IMG/VR virus record: IMGVR_UViG_3300008117_000011
Location: 124,001 to 188,000 of that record
Reading direction: 5' to 3' (one strand)
DNA length: 64,000 bases
Below are positions 55,017 through 64,000 of the stretch, piece by piece (position 1 is the stretch's first letter; the number at the start of each line of letters is the position of its first letter). The position numbers and the translations under genes are program-made. The notes beneath the pieces were generated by a model, which did not search any database, was not told the origin of the DNA, and saw only the letters and a program-made list of their open reading frames with translations.

Positions 55017-56777
55017 TTGGATTTAAAAAATAATCTAATAGAACACAAAGCTCTTGATTTGTTAGACTCGTATAGTGGTGCTAACAATTATATCCTTTAT
55101 ATGAAATCAAAAAAGGATGTAAATAAAAAGTTCTACCCCACAAGAACTCAGGCTGATTATATTATTAATTATTTTGATGTAAAACCAAAGGTTGCAAGGA
55201 AGTGGGTTGATCTTGATTCTTATTTTGCAAATAAGTTTGCTAAAGATAGATACCTACTTGAAATACCAGAAAAAGTTTATATTGAAAAACTACTTGTTGA
55301 AAAAGATAAGTCCTACCATATTTGGGGTAAGTTCTTTGAGAAGGATAATTTATCAGAATTTTGGGTACCAAAATCATCATTAATAAAATCACATACGATA
55401 GAAAAGGTTGATATTGATTATTCTAAATATGGTCACAGACCACCTTTGTCTCACCAAAAAGAAGCGATAGAAAAACTTGTTGGGTCAAAAAGATTTATAT
55501 TGGCAGACGATATGGGGCTTGGAAAAACAACCTCTACAATTATTGGAGCTCTTGAGACTGGTGCTAAAAAAATTCTAATCATATGTCCAGCGTCACTTAA
55601 AATTAACTGGGAAAGAGAAATAAAAAACTATACCGATAGGAGTGTTTACATTTGTGAAGGAAAAAAATACTCAACAGATGAAGATTTTACAATTGTAAAC
55701 TATGACATATTAAAAAACTTTTACGATCCTAAAGACAAAGAAAATTCTGAACTTGTTAAAACAAAATATGATTTAGTAATTTTAGATGAAGCCCATATGG
55801 TTTCAAACGCTCAAGCTCAAAGAACAAAAATTATTAACAATTTTGTTAAAGATATAAAACAAGTTTGGCTTTTGACTGGAACACCAATGACATCAAGACC
55901 AATCAACTATTATAATCTTCTTAATATTATTGAAAGTCCGGTGGCACAAAACTGGATGGCGTATGCAATTCGTTATTGTCAGGGGTATCAGTTTAGAGCT
56001 GGTAATAGAAAAGTATGGAACGTAACCGGGGCTTCAAATCTTGAAGAACTCCGAGATAGGACATCAAAACAAATTCTTCGTAGATTAAAAGAAGAGGTGT
56101 TAGATTTACCTGAAAAAATAATAACCCCGGTTTATTTAAGAACCTCATCAAGAGAGTATAAAGATTTAATGGGTGAGTACTACGAGTGGTTAAAAAACAA
56201 AAAAGAAGAATCATCATCTCTTACAATTCAGTTCACAAAACTTATGAAAGTAAGAAAGGTAATCGCAAATGAAAAAGTTAAAGACACAATTGAGTTCGCA
56301 CAAAATATTATAGACCAAGGAAAAAAAGTAATCATATTTACAAATTTTACCGATACCCTACAACTAATTCATAATCACTTTGGTAAAGAATCGGTGTATC
56401 TTGATGGTAGTTGTAATAAAGTACAAAGACAATATGCTGTTGATCAATTCCAGGATAATGAAAAAATTAAAGTTTTTGTTGGTAACTTAAAAGCCGCTGG
56501 TGTTGGTCTTACATTAACCTCAGCCGAAGTTGTAATAATGAATGATTTATCTTTTGTTCCTGCGGAACACGCACAAGCTGAAGATAGGGCTTACAGATAT
56601 GGTCAAAAAAATAATGTACTTGTTTATTACCCAATATTTGAAAACACAATAGAAGGTGTTGTGTATGATATTTTAAATACAAAGAAAAAAATAATAGGGA
56701 CTGTAATGGGTGATGAGGTTACAGAATCTTTTGACGTTGTTGAAGAAATCCTAAATCTTATAAACTCAAAAAGGTAG
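55017..56777 (+). CDS. SNF2-family helicase/ATPase (SMARCAL1/ZRANB3-like)
   Basis: LADDMGLGKT, ICPASLKINW, ILDEAH, LTGTP, AAGVGLTLT, QAEDRAYRYGQ. Confidence 0.93.
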   Translation: MDLKNNLIEHKALDLLDSYSGANNYILYMKSKKDVNKKFYPTRTQADYIINYFDVKPKVARKWVDLDSYFANKFAKDRYLLEIPEKVYIEKLLVEKDKSYHIWGKFFEKDNLSEFWVPKSSLIKSHTIEKVDIDYSKYGHRPPLSHQKEAIEKLVGSKRFILADDMGLGKTTSTIIGALETGAKKILIICPASLKINWEREIKNYTDRSVYICEGKKYSTDEDFTIVNYDILKNFYDPKDKENSELVKTKYDLVILDEAHMVSNAQAQRTKIINNFVKDIKQVWLLTGTPMTSRPINYYNLLNIIESPVAQNWMAYAIRYCQGYQFRAGNRKVWNVTGASNLEELRDRTSKQILRRLKEEVLDLPEKIITPVYLRTSSREYKDLMGEYYEWLKNKKEESSSLTIQFTKLMKVRKVIANEKVKDTIEFAQNIIDQGKKVIIFTNFTDTLQLIHNHFGKESVYLDGSCNKVQRQYAVDQFQDNEKIKVFVGNLKAAGVGLTLTSAEVVIMNDLSFVPAEHAQAEDRAYRYGQKNNVLVYYPIFENTIEGVVYDILNTKKKIIGTVMGDEVTESFDVVEEILNLINSKR

Positions 56778-56808
56778 AAATAACCTAATTTGTATATTTA
56801 TTATATAA

Positions 56809-58890
56809 ATGAGAGTTAAAGTAAAACACGTAAAATGTGATATGTCTGAAAAGGACAAAGAACTTATGAACGATTTTATTAAGTTCTTACAGAAGAAGTA
56901 TCCTTTAAAGGATGATATTACTATTATTTTTACCGGTGAAAGATATGGTAAAATGTCCACAGGTAGTAGGACACAAGATTCTGAACTTAAGATTTTCACT
57001 AAAGACAGAATGAATAGGGATATTGTAAGAACATTAGCTCACGAATGGATACACGAAAGACAAATTAAAATCCAAGGTAAAAAACCAAAACAAGATATTG
57101 GTGGTCCCCTTGAAGATGAGGCAAACGCAAAAGCTGGTTCTGCAATTAAACAGTTTGAAAAGGAGTTTCCAAAAAAAGAAGAGTTAATGTACGAAGGTAT
57201 AAATAATAAGTTAAATCTGATTAACGAGCAAATCTTATTAAAGGAAAAGGAAAATATTAAAGGTGAGTTTTTAACCGAAATGAAAAAAATCGGTATTGAA
57301 AAATTACCTTATTCATATTCAGCTTTAAAACAATTTGTGGATCCGGAAACAATGGATATTCATTACAACAAACACTATAAAGGTTATGTCAAAAAATTAA
57401 ATGACGCTCTTTCTAATAAAAAAGGTGAAATGGAGCTTGAGGATATTGTAAAAACAATATCAAAGTTTAACACTAAAGTTAGAAACAATGCTGGTGGTGC
57501 TTTTAATCACGCGTTATTTTGGAAAATGTTATCACCAAAAAAACAATTACCAAAAGGTGAGATATTAGAAAAAATTACAAAACAATATGGTAACATCAAA
57601 AAAATGAAAGATGAATTCAATGATGTTGCTAAAGAAAGATTTGGGTCCGGATGGGTTTGGCTTGTTTTAACAAAGACAAATAGACTTAAAATTATGTCAA
57701 CACCAAACCAAGATAATCCACTTATGAATGTTATTAAAGATGGTGGATATCCACTTTTAGGTTTAGATTTATGGGAGCATGCTTATTATTTGAAGTATAG
57801 AAATAAAAGGGATGAATACATTAAAAATTTCTGGAATTCTGTAAACTGGGAATTTGTAAATGAACTTTTTGTTTCAAAGACAACAAAAAAGTTAAATGAA
57901 TCATATATGAAAATTTTATTAGAAAACGAGGATTTACAACCAGATCTGAAAAAAATTATGAGTCGTGAATTACAAAAAATTAGACTTATACCATTAGATG
58001 CTGAGGCAGGAGCCGAAGCAATTAACAACATTACAACAGCTGAAATTTCAAGGGGGAACCTTGACTTTAATAGGACTATAAGTGGACTTATGACTCTTGA
58101 TTTATCAACTGTTTCTGAAAGATCAAAATATAGATTTAATAATTATTTTCAAAGATTTATTAAAAGCAAAACTAGAGGTTTTGACTTTGAGGGTATGGTT
58201 ACCGGATTTCTTGATGGTGAACTAGCAACAAGCTTATCGTCTCCTTATGATATCTCAACATCAGAGGGAGATTTAATTTCTTGTAAAGTAGTTAGAGACA
58301 CTAATGAAAGAATATCACTTAAAAGTATTAGGACTGGGGTTAAAGATTTTGTTGAGAAATACGAAGGGTCAGAAGAAAATAAATATATATTAAGTGGGTT
58401 AACTCAATTTCCAAATTTTTTAGAACTAGTTGTAACACACGAAAATTCAGATATACAAAATCAAGGTGAAGATATTTTAAACAAATTACTTATTGATATT
58501 ACAGGATTACTTGTTGGTGTACCAAACTCACAAAATCTTGGGGTTGATTTATACTACTATGATAAAGCTCGTCTAATTGAACTTGCTAAAACACCAGGAA
58601 TTCTAAAAGCTGGAAGATCAGCTGAAGCTCAAACAATATCCTATTCGGCTAAAATACTTAAAATGGGTACAACCAAAAGTGGGTTTATTCAGTTTCCGAT
58701 TGTTACTCAAGAACAATATGCCGAATTTTTAATTGGTAATGAAAAAACAAAAGAAATTGTAAATATTTTTAACACTATGGGTGAAAAATATGGAGTCCCA
58801 AGATTAGGTGACAATATCCCACAAGATATTATTAGGGATTTATCAAAAAATGAAAGATTCAAATTAGATATTAGAAGAATACTTAAATAA
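56809..58890 (+). CDS. Three-domain fusion: HExxH zincin-like domain + Fe/Mn superoxide dismutase + PD-(D/E)xK-like domain
   Basis: RTLAHEWIH...LEDEANAKAG. SOD ligands HYNKHY, NNAGGAFNH, FGSGWVWL, NQD, DLWEHAYY. C-terminal RGFDFEG...PYD...ISCK. Confidence 0.85.
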   Translation: MRVKVKHVKCDMSEKDKELMNDFIKFLQKKYPLKDDITIIFTGERYGKMSTGSRTQDSELKIFTKDRMNRDIVRTLAHEWIHERQIKIQGKKPKQDIGGPLEDEANAKAGSAIKQFEKEFPKKEELMYEGINNKLNLINEQILLKEKENIKGEFLTEMKKIGIEKLPYSYSALKQFVDPETMDIHYNKHYKGYVKKLNDALSNKKGEMELEDIVKTISKFNTKVRNNAGGAFNHALFWKMLSPKKQLPKGEILEKITKQYGNIKKMKDEFNDVAKERFGSGWVWLVLTKTNRLKIMSTPNQDNPLMNVIKDGGYPLLGLDLWEHAYYLKYRNKRDEYIKNFWNSVNWEFVNELFVSKTTKKLNESYMKILLENEDLQPDLKKIMSRELQKIRLIPLDAEAGAEAINNITTAEISRGNLDFNRTISGLMTLDLSTVSERSKYRFNNYFQRFIKSKTRGFDFEGMVTGFLDGELATSLSSPYDISTSEGDLISCKVVRDTNERISLKSIRTGVKDFVEKYEGSEENKYILSGLTQFPNFLELVVTHENSDIQNQGEDILNKLLIDITGLLVGVPNSQNLGVDLYYYDKARLIELAKTPGILKAGRSAEAQTISYSAKILKMGTTKSGFIQFPIVTQEQYAEFLIGNEKTKEIVNIFNTMGEKYGVPRLGDNIPQDIIRDLSKNERFKLDIRRILK

Positions 58891-58900
58891 GATATTAAAG

Positions 58901-58907
58901 TATTTAT
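58901..58907 (+). promoter_or_regulatory. TATTTAT motif upstream of the neck gene
   Basis: The motif switches strand with gene orientation (also 56795-56801 on +). Confidence 0.6.
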
Positions 58908-58921
58908 ATAATAAAATCATT

Positions 58922-60049
58922 ATGGCAATTATTGGTGAACCACAAAGAAGTCAACTATATACTAAAGTAAGACATTTACTTGGTGCCCCACAAAGAAGTG
59001 TGGAATTAGAGGACGAACAAATGGATACATTACTTGAATTCTCAATTGATGAATATTCACAGTATGTCCAAGATTGGTTAATTGAATCTCAATGGACCGC
59101 TCTTAATAACTTAAATCTGGATACGCAATCTTTAAGTAGGGCTTTTACGACTAGAAGTTTGGATTATGAAACAAGATATACTTACGCCTATTCTAAGATA
59201 GTTGGTTTGCAGGCCGGTGGTGAATGGGAATTAAAAAAAGATTATATACAATTAGTACCAAATCAACAGATATATGAAATACCGGCGGGTAGAGAATTAA
59301 ATGAATTATTGTGGTTTACGCCAGCAACAATGAACAATATGTTATTTGATCCTTGGGCTTTTGGGGGTATCGCTGGTGGTGGTATTGCTGGTCCAGCAGG
59401 TTACGCTCAAGTTGGTAACTTATCTGGTAGTTACTTTATGATGCCAGCTTTTGATATGCTTTTAAGGATGCAAGAAATTAATATACAAAGAAGAATTATT
59501 GCTGGTGATTTAACTTATAGAGTAACCGCTCTTCCGGGTGGGAAAAAGGCGGTTCACTTAATGAACACACCAGGTGGTAAATTTGACTTTGGTAACTCAA
59601 CCCTTATGAAGGGTAGAGTTTGGTATTGGTATTATGACACAACTGATGGTGACAAGGATAAGTGTCTGGCCGATAATCCGGATATTATTAAATTACCATC
59701 TGATGTTCCGTTTGACAAAATGAACTGGGATGAGTTAAATAATCCAGCACAAGTTTGGGTTAGAAGATGGTTTATCGCATATTGTAAAGAAACATTATCT
59801 AGAGTTCGTGGAAAATTTAGTGGTAACTTAAAAACTGGTGATGGTGGTGATTTAACAATGGATTATACCTCACTTGCAACTGAAGCCAAAGATGAAAAGT
59901 CAAAATTAATTGAAGAACTAATTGGTGCTGAAGGAAGACTTACAAGATTGAAACCTGAAAAGGTTATGGAAAGGGAGGCTCTTATTGCTGAAAACTTAAA
60001 TAAACAGCTCAAGTTTAGAGCGATGCCGAGACAAATTTATGTAATATAA
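58922..60049 (+). CDS. Neck / head-tail adaptor protein (gp13-like)
   Basis: VRHLLGAPQRSVELEDEQMD N-terminus and WVRRWFIAYCKETLSRVRGKF C-terminal motif. Confidence 0.8.
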   Translation: MAIIGEPQRSQLYTKVRHLLGAPQRSVELEDEQMDTLLEFSIDEYSQYVQDWLIESQWTALNNLNLDTQSLSRAFTTRSLDYETRYTYAYSKIVGLQAGGEWELKKDYIQLVPNQQIYEIPAGRELNELLWFTPATMNNMLFDPWAFGGIAGGGIAGPAGYAQVGNLSGSYFMMPAFDMLLRMQEINIQRRIIAGDLTYRVTALPGGKKAVHLMNTPGGKFDFGNSTLMKGRVWYWYYDTTDGDKDKCLADNPDIIKLPSDVPFDKMNWDELNNPAQVWVRRWFIAYCKETLSRVRGKFSGNLKTGDGGDLTMDYTSLATEAKDEKSKLIEELIGAEGRLTRLKPEKVMEREALIAENLNKQLKFRAMPRQIYVI

Positions 60050-60423
60050 TGAGTGGATTTAGAGTAGAAAATCTTACACCAAGAAAGAACGTTGTAAGAT
60101 ATCAAACACAAACTATTGTTGAACAACCAAAACCAATTGAGTTGCCAAAAGAAATTCAAAAAATAATATCAGACCCTATTTACACAACTGGTCTAGAAAC
60201 ATTACTTGTTGTTAAGGGTGAAGGTTCTGAAGTGACACTTAACTCAAGTGAGAATGAAAAAATTACAATTAAATCACTTACAACAGTTCTAATTAAATCA
60301 GATGTTGGTGCAATTGATGAAGAATGGGACGAACTCCTTTTAGAAAAAGGTGCTTGTGTTCACTTCCAATTCGTTGAGGGTAACTGGTACATATTAAGTT
60401 CTGACGGTCTGAAGATGAGTTAG
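60049..60423 (+). CDS. Hypothetical protein
   Basis: 124 aa, TAATG-coupled to the neck gene; beta-rich C-terminus (GACVHFQFVEGNWYILSSDG). Confidence 0.65.
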   Translation: MSGFRVENLTPRKNVVRYQTQTIVEQPKPIELPKEIQKIISDPIYTTGLETLLVVKGEGSEVTLNSSENEKITIKSLTTVLIKSDVGAIDEEWDELLLEKGACVHFQFVEGNWYILSSDGLKMS

Positions 60424-63347
60424 ATTAATTCTTCCCACCCATCTTCAGCTAATTCATATATGTAATTTGGGTCAATACCTACGTTTTTCCAAAAGTCAAC
60501 TTCACCTTGTTCCATCATAATAAGGTCCTTCTCAATATCATCTTGATCACCATCATCAAATGGAATACCATTGATAAGGTCACATTGGTCTTTGGTGAAG
60601 AATGGTCTTTCTTCTGGATTCTTAACTAGAAGTGAGTCTCTAATTTCTTGTTTAAACACAACAAGTAGTGGTTCAACTCTTTTGTTAAAAGTTACAATTG
60701 CTCTTTGGATATTATACTCACCTGTAAGTCCTGGATTACTTTCTAATTCTTGGGGGTCAATTCTATAACAATTAAGTTGTACAACAGAATCTGAACTAGC
60801 GGCTCTATATGCTACATCTGTAGGTATACCGGTATTTGCTTCTTTGTTTGGTGAATCACTTCTCACCCAGTTATCATCTGACCAGGATTTTTCCCAACCA
60901 TTATTTAATAAGAATTGTTCTTTATTTTTATAGTTTGACTTTTCATTGTTTGAAAAAAATAAACCTATCTGCTCTTCTGTCCATCCTTTCTTTGGTTTAT
61001 TAACTTTCTGAACATCTCCGTGTGATGCTTTTGTTCCGTTGTTTACATAATAGATTACATCACCAAGACTCACATTTAGTTTTTCTTTAATTACAAGTTC
61101 CATATGAGCTTGTCTTGACATTAAACTACCAGCTTTAGTTTTTGTCATACTCCTTTTGATGTAGTCATCAATTGTTTGTTTGACCTTTGCTTTGTTTGCA
61201 ATATCAATAAGAGGGATTCTTTGATCAAATATCTTTTGTAAGTATTCATAATACCACTCAACAAATCCTTGACCATCACCACTAAGAAGTAATTTAATTC
61301 CTTTATCTAAAAATACCTCAATATATTTTGGCATCTTCTTTGATTTAATTGTATTTCCGGTAAGTTTTACTTTACCTCCGTGTTCTAATGTTGCATAGTT
61401 TTTACGAGCAAGGTTAATACAAGAATCCCAAGTACCGTCACAATCAAGACCCATTGTTCCTCTCATAAATCTATCGTTAAATTCTGCAACATCAGCATCA
61501 TAACCATTGTAAACCTTTCCTTCTTTGACAAGCCAGTTTAATCCTCTACCGGTATAAACTCTATCGTCCACACCACCATCTGGTAATGAGAAGTTCATAC
61601 CGTCCGTATCACAAACAAGAGGGGTGTATCCCCTTTTGTTAAAGAATTTTAACATCTGTCTTAGGTATTGTCTACCGGTACAGGTAATCTGTTCCCCCAT
61701 ATCCATATCACCCCAAGGAAATACTTGTGGTGCTGAAAGAGCACCAAATAGTGAGTTGATAAAGATTTTAATCGGTAATTGTTTATTATCAAAAGATTTA
61801 GCTTTTTTACTATCAATTGATTTATATTCTGACGCAAGATTCTTGTACATAATACGAGTATCTCTAAAGTAAGATAATAAACCCTTCATTACACCAGAAA
61901 TGTCTGATTGAGGAAACACATCGTGTGTTAATTGGATTGATGGGTAAAGGGAAGAGTAGTCAAGTTTAAGTACGTCTTTTGAATACCCGGTTTTAAGAAG
62001 TCTTGATAAACCACCAACAAAGTTTCTTTTCTCTTTCTTTGCTGGAATCGCAAGTCCGTGTTTATAAGACCATGCAAGCATTACCATCTTCCAGATTGTT
62101 GCCGTACCCATTGTGGATACTCTTTCGTATGTTGTTGGGAGAAGTGATGCAAGAAGAAAAGACCCTTGATTAAACTCAGCATCTACAAGTAGGGTTTCCT
62201 CAAGGTCATCGTCAAGATACCTCTCAATAATATCATCACCGGTTGTTTTAATGTAGATGTCATTTCTTTTTTCACATACCTTATCCACTTTACTATCAAC
62301 ACCAACCTTTTTGTATTTACCATTTTCGGTATTTAACCAATAATCTTCTTTATCGCGATACATTGAACCAATTTTGTCGTGGTCAACATATACACGATCT
62401 GGTGCTTCAGCGTTAATAAATTTTGTAATATACTTAAGACCGGCCTCTTTAATTGACGAGTTAATTGCTTGTGCTCTACGGACCGAATGTAAAATATCAA
62501 TAATATTATAACCCCACATTTGGGTTTGTGTAAAACTCTCAACTTCGTTACCTAATTTAAGCATTGAGTCTTTTTGTGTGATTTTTCTTTCAGAGTGTAA
62601 TGTCTTTGATATTTTTTTAATATCAAGATTTAAAATTTTACATCTTTCATAAATCCAATACCAGTCAAAGTTTGCTGAGTTATAACCAGAAATAATTGAA
62701 GGTTTTATTTCGTCAATTATATTAAAGAACTCAACAAGTCCCTTTCTTTCCTCATCTTCATTTGTACACTCAATTACTTTCTGAAATCCCTTATTTGTTT
62801 TAAGACCAATCATAAAGATTCTACCATCTTTAGGCTCTAAAGATGTTGTCTCAAGGTCAAATACAAGTCTTGTAATGTCATTATAATCCTCAAATCCTTT
62901 AAACAATCTTTTTTCTTTTGAAACAAGAAACTGCTCAACCGGAGTTAACATTAAGAATTTATCTCTTACTTTTTCACCCCAGGGATCAATTCCACCATCT
63001 CTAAAAAATTGTGATAAAGCTCTATATCCTTTAAGTGATTTAACTAGGAATGTTAATCCATTCTCTAATTGTTCGTTCCCATCAGTACGAAGTTTTTCAA
63101 TTACAATACCATACTTTGACATTGCTTCTTTTTGCATTGCTTTGGACCCCTGATAAAAGTTTAATCCTTTTAGGTCACCAACCCATGCAAATGCGATTAA
63201 ACTATCTCTAACGATAGATTTACCTTTTCCCGGAACTTCTTTGATTTTATATATGTGATCCTTTTGATAGTCAAACTCAACTGAAACGATATGTTCTTCT
63301 GGATCATTTCCTTCTAGGAAGGATTTAATTTCTTCTGCTGTTATCAT
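60420..63347 (-). CDS. polB: Family B DNA polymerase with 3'-5' exonuclease
   Basis: ExoI VFDLETT, ExoII GYNSANFDW, motif A LDYSSLYPS, motif B KIFINSLFG, motif C CDTDG. ATG at 63347 has an A-rich leader; the ATG at 63380 lies in a hairpin. Confidence 0.95.
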   Translation of the reverse strand: MITAEEIKSFLEGNDPEEHIVSVEFDYQKDHIYKIKEVPGKGKSIVRDSLIAFAWVGDLKGLNFYQGSKAMQKEAMSKYGIVIEKLRTDGNEQLENGLTFLVKSLKGYRALSQFFRDGGIDPWGEKVRDKFLMLTPVEQFLVSKEKRLFKGFEDYNDITRLVFDLETTSLEPKDGRIFMIGLKTNKGFQKVIECTNEDEERKGLVEFFNIIDEIKPSIISGYNSANFDWYWIYERCKILNLDIKKISKTLHSERKITQKDSMLKLGNEVESFTQTQMWGYNIIDILHSVRRAQAINSSIKEAGLKYITKFINAEAPDRVYVDHDKIGSMYRDKEDYWLNTENGKYKKVGVDSKVDKVCEKRNDIYIKTTGDDIIERYLDDDLEETLLVDAEFNQGSFLLASLLPTTYERVSTMGTATIWKMVMLAWSYKHGLAIPAKKEKRNFVGGLSRLLKTGYSKDVLKLDYSSLYPSIQLTHDVFPQSDISGVMKGLLSYFRDTRIMYKNLASEYKSIDSKKAKSFDNKQLPIKIFINSLFGALSAPQVFPWGDMDMGEQITCTGRQYLRQMLKFFNKRGYTPLVCDTDGMNFSLPDGGVDDRVYTGRGLNWLVKEGKVYNGYDADVAEFNDRFMRGTMGLDCDGTWDSCINLARKNYATLEHGGKVKLTGNTIKSKKMPKYIEVFLDKGIKLLLSGDGQGFVEWYYEYLQKIFDQRIPLIDIANKAKVKQTIDDYIKRSMTKTKAGSLMSRQAHMELVIKEKLNVSLGDVIYYVNNGTKASHGDVQKVNKPKKGWTEEQIGLFFSNNEKSNYKNKEQFLLNNGWEKSWSDDNWVRSDSPNKEANTGIPTDVAYRAASSDSVVQLNCYRIDPQELESNPGLTGEYNIQRAIVTFNKRVEPLLVVFKQEIRDSLLVKNPEERPFFTKDQCDLINGIPFDDGDQDDIEKDLIMMEQGEVDFWKNVGIDPNYIYELAEDGWEELI

Positions 63348-63410
63348 AATATATTTTTTGAGTGGTGTATTTTCTGTCATACTAACGATGACATTTACCT
63401 TACATCAATA

Positions 63411-63439
63411 AGTATATTAGTAAATTTGTTTTTTGTCAA
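63411..63439 (-). promoter_or_regulatory. Near-consensus sigma70-type promoter of polB
   Basis: TTGACA (63439-63434), 17 nt, TATACT (63416-63411). Confidence 0.8.
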
Positions 63440-63441
63440 AT

Positions 63442-63475
63442 AAAAAAAGAGGGTTTTTGTGACCCCCTTTTTTTT
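63442..63475. terminator. Probable bidirectional intrinsic terminator
   Basis: AAAAAAAGAGGGT-TTTTGTG-ACCCCCTTTTTTTT, flanked by A and T runs. Confidence 0.75.
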
Positions 63476-63490
63476 ATCTTAAAAAATAAT

Positions 63491-64000
63491 TTAACTTGCA
63501 ACATCTGTAATTAACAGTGTATCAGTTGAGTCGTAATATGATAGTCTAGGTTGAGCATCACTTCTTAAAAATATAGTACAATTATAGTTAGCATATACGT
63601 GAGTTGATAAACTAAAGTCTACAGAATTTAAACCAAATTTAACTTCGTTTAACTGAAAAGTGCTATTATTAATACTATTGGTACTGAAATCATTGGCAAT
63701 TTGGTTATACCTAAAATCACCCTGAATTGTATTGTTACTAAAACTAAATGCGATATTATTTTTATAAAAATTATATGACCCTAAATTTATTGAGTCACCA
63801 ATCGTGTTGTTACCAAAATAATCACCAATAACATTGTCTTCATAATTACTATACAGTTGGTTATTATTAAAACCATTACCTATTTTATTACCCTGATTAC
63901 TACCAAATGTTCTATTATCATTATAACCATTTCCTATTGTATTTTTATAAAAATCATTATCTAATTTATTATTATTAAATTGATTTCCTATTTGGTTATT
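63491..64000 (-). CDS. C-terminal part of an Asn-rich beta-helix repeat protein (5'-truncated by the window edge)
   Basis: Not in the ORF track. Hand translation NNQIGNQFNNNKLDNDFYKNTIGNGYNDN...NKIGNGFNNN...YYDSTDTLLITDVAS* shows a 9-aa NxIGxxFxx periodicity. Confidence 0.75.
   Translation of the reverse strand, partial: NNQIGNQFNNNKLDNDFYKNTIGNGYNDNRTFGSNQGNKIGNGFNNNQLYSNYEDNVIGDYFGNNTIGDSINLGSYNFYKNNIAFSFSNNTIQGDFRYNQIANDFSTNSINNSTFQLNEVKFGLNSVDFSLSTHVYANYNCTIFLRSDAQPRLSYYDSTDTLLITDVAS

Noticed and set aside
63348-63380. polB start at 63380
   Set aside because: That ATG is inside a hairpin; ATG 63347 has the A-rich leader typical of other genes here.
1-64000. Stop-codon recoding, as in some large phages
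   Set aside because: ORFs are long and tile the window in the standard code, and TAA, TGA and TAG all end genes at plausible positions.
63491-64000. DGR template/variable repeat suggested by AAY-rich codons
   Set aside because: No reverse transcriptase or paired repeat in the window; the Asn richness fits a beta-helix.
1-64000. tRNA or rRNA genes
   Set aside because: Intergenic gaps are short and AT-rich, and I saw no cloverleaf or T-loop context by eye; tRNAscan-SE would be decisive.

Overview
AT-rich (roughly 30% GC by eye), densely coding 64-kb segment of a large T4-like myophage (jumbo/huge-phage type), read in the standard genetic code. Nearly all genes from 1 to 54,957 are on the minus strand. 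In order: (i) a fibre/baseplate module with a glycosyltransferase, a SHAEG-repeat trimeric fibre ending in an S74 chaperone, a SprB-repeat protein, gpI/gp7-like and gp6/J-like wedge proteins, gp25, and a 2005-aa protein with a transmembrane bundle; (ii) a replication block with class II RNR, DnaB/gp41 helicase, 5'-3' exonuclease, C5 methyltransferase, RecA/UvsX, a gp32-like SSB and a free-standing HNH endonuclease; (iii) a tail module with hub, LysM, tube-initiator/OmpA-like, tape measure, chaperone, tube, sheath and gp15/14/13-like genes; (iv) a SNF2 helicase, a zincin-SOD-nuclease fusion and a family B DNA polymerase. I saw no tRNA, CRISPR array, integrase, intron or intein. Start codons lack Shine-Dalgarno sites and SprB-like domains are present, which points to a Bacteroidota host (inference). 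Most interesting: (1) a plant HPAT/SERGT1-like (GT95/GT96) glycosyltransferase inside the fibre operon, plus mucin-like Thr/Pro tracts in virion proteins, suggesting phage-encoded O-glycosylation of the virion; (2) a three-enzyme polyprotein with I/L-x-E linkers that may be head-packaged and processed; (3) an unannotated +1/-2 frameshift (TTT TTT CGG) in the tail chaperone; (4) two promoter classes (TATTTAT and TTGAC-N17-TATAyT); (5) three local lesions in presumably essential genes that may be assembly errors. All family assignments come from motif recognition, not database searches.
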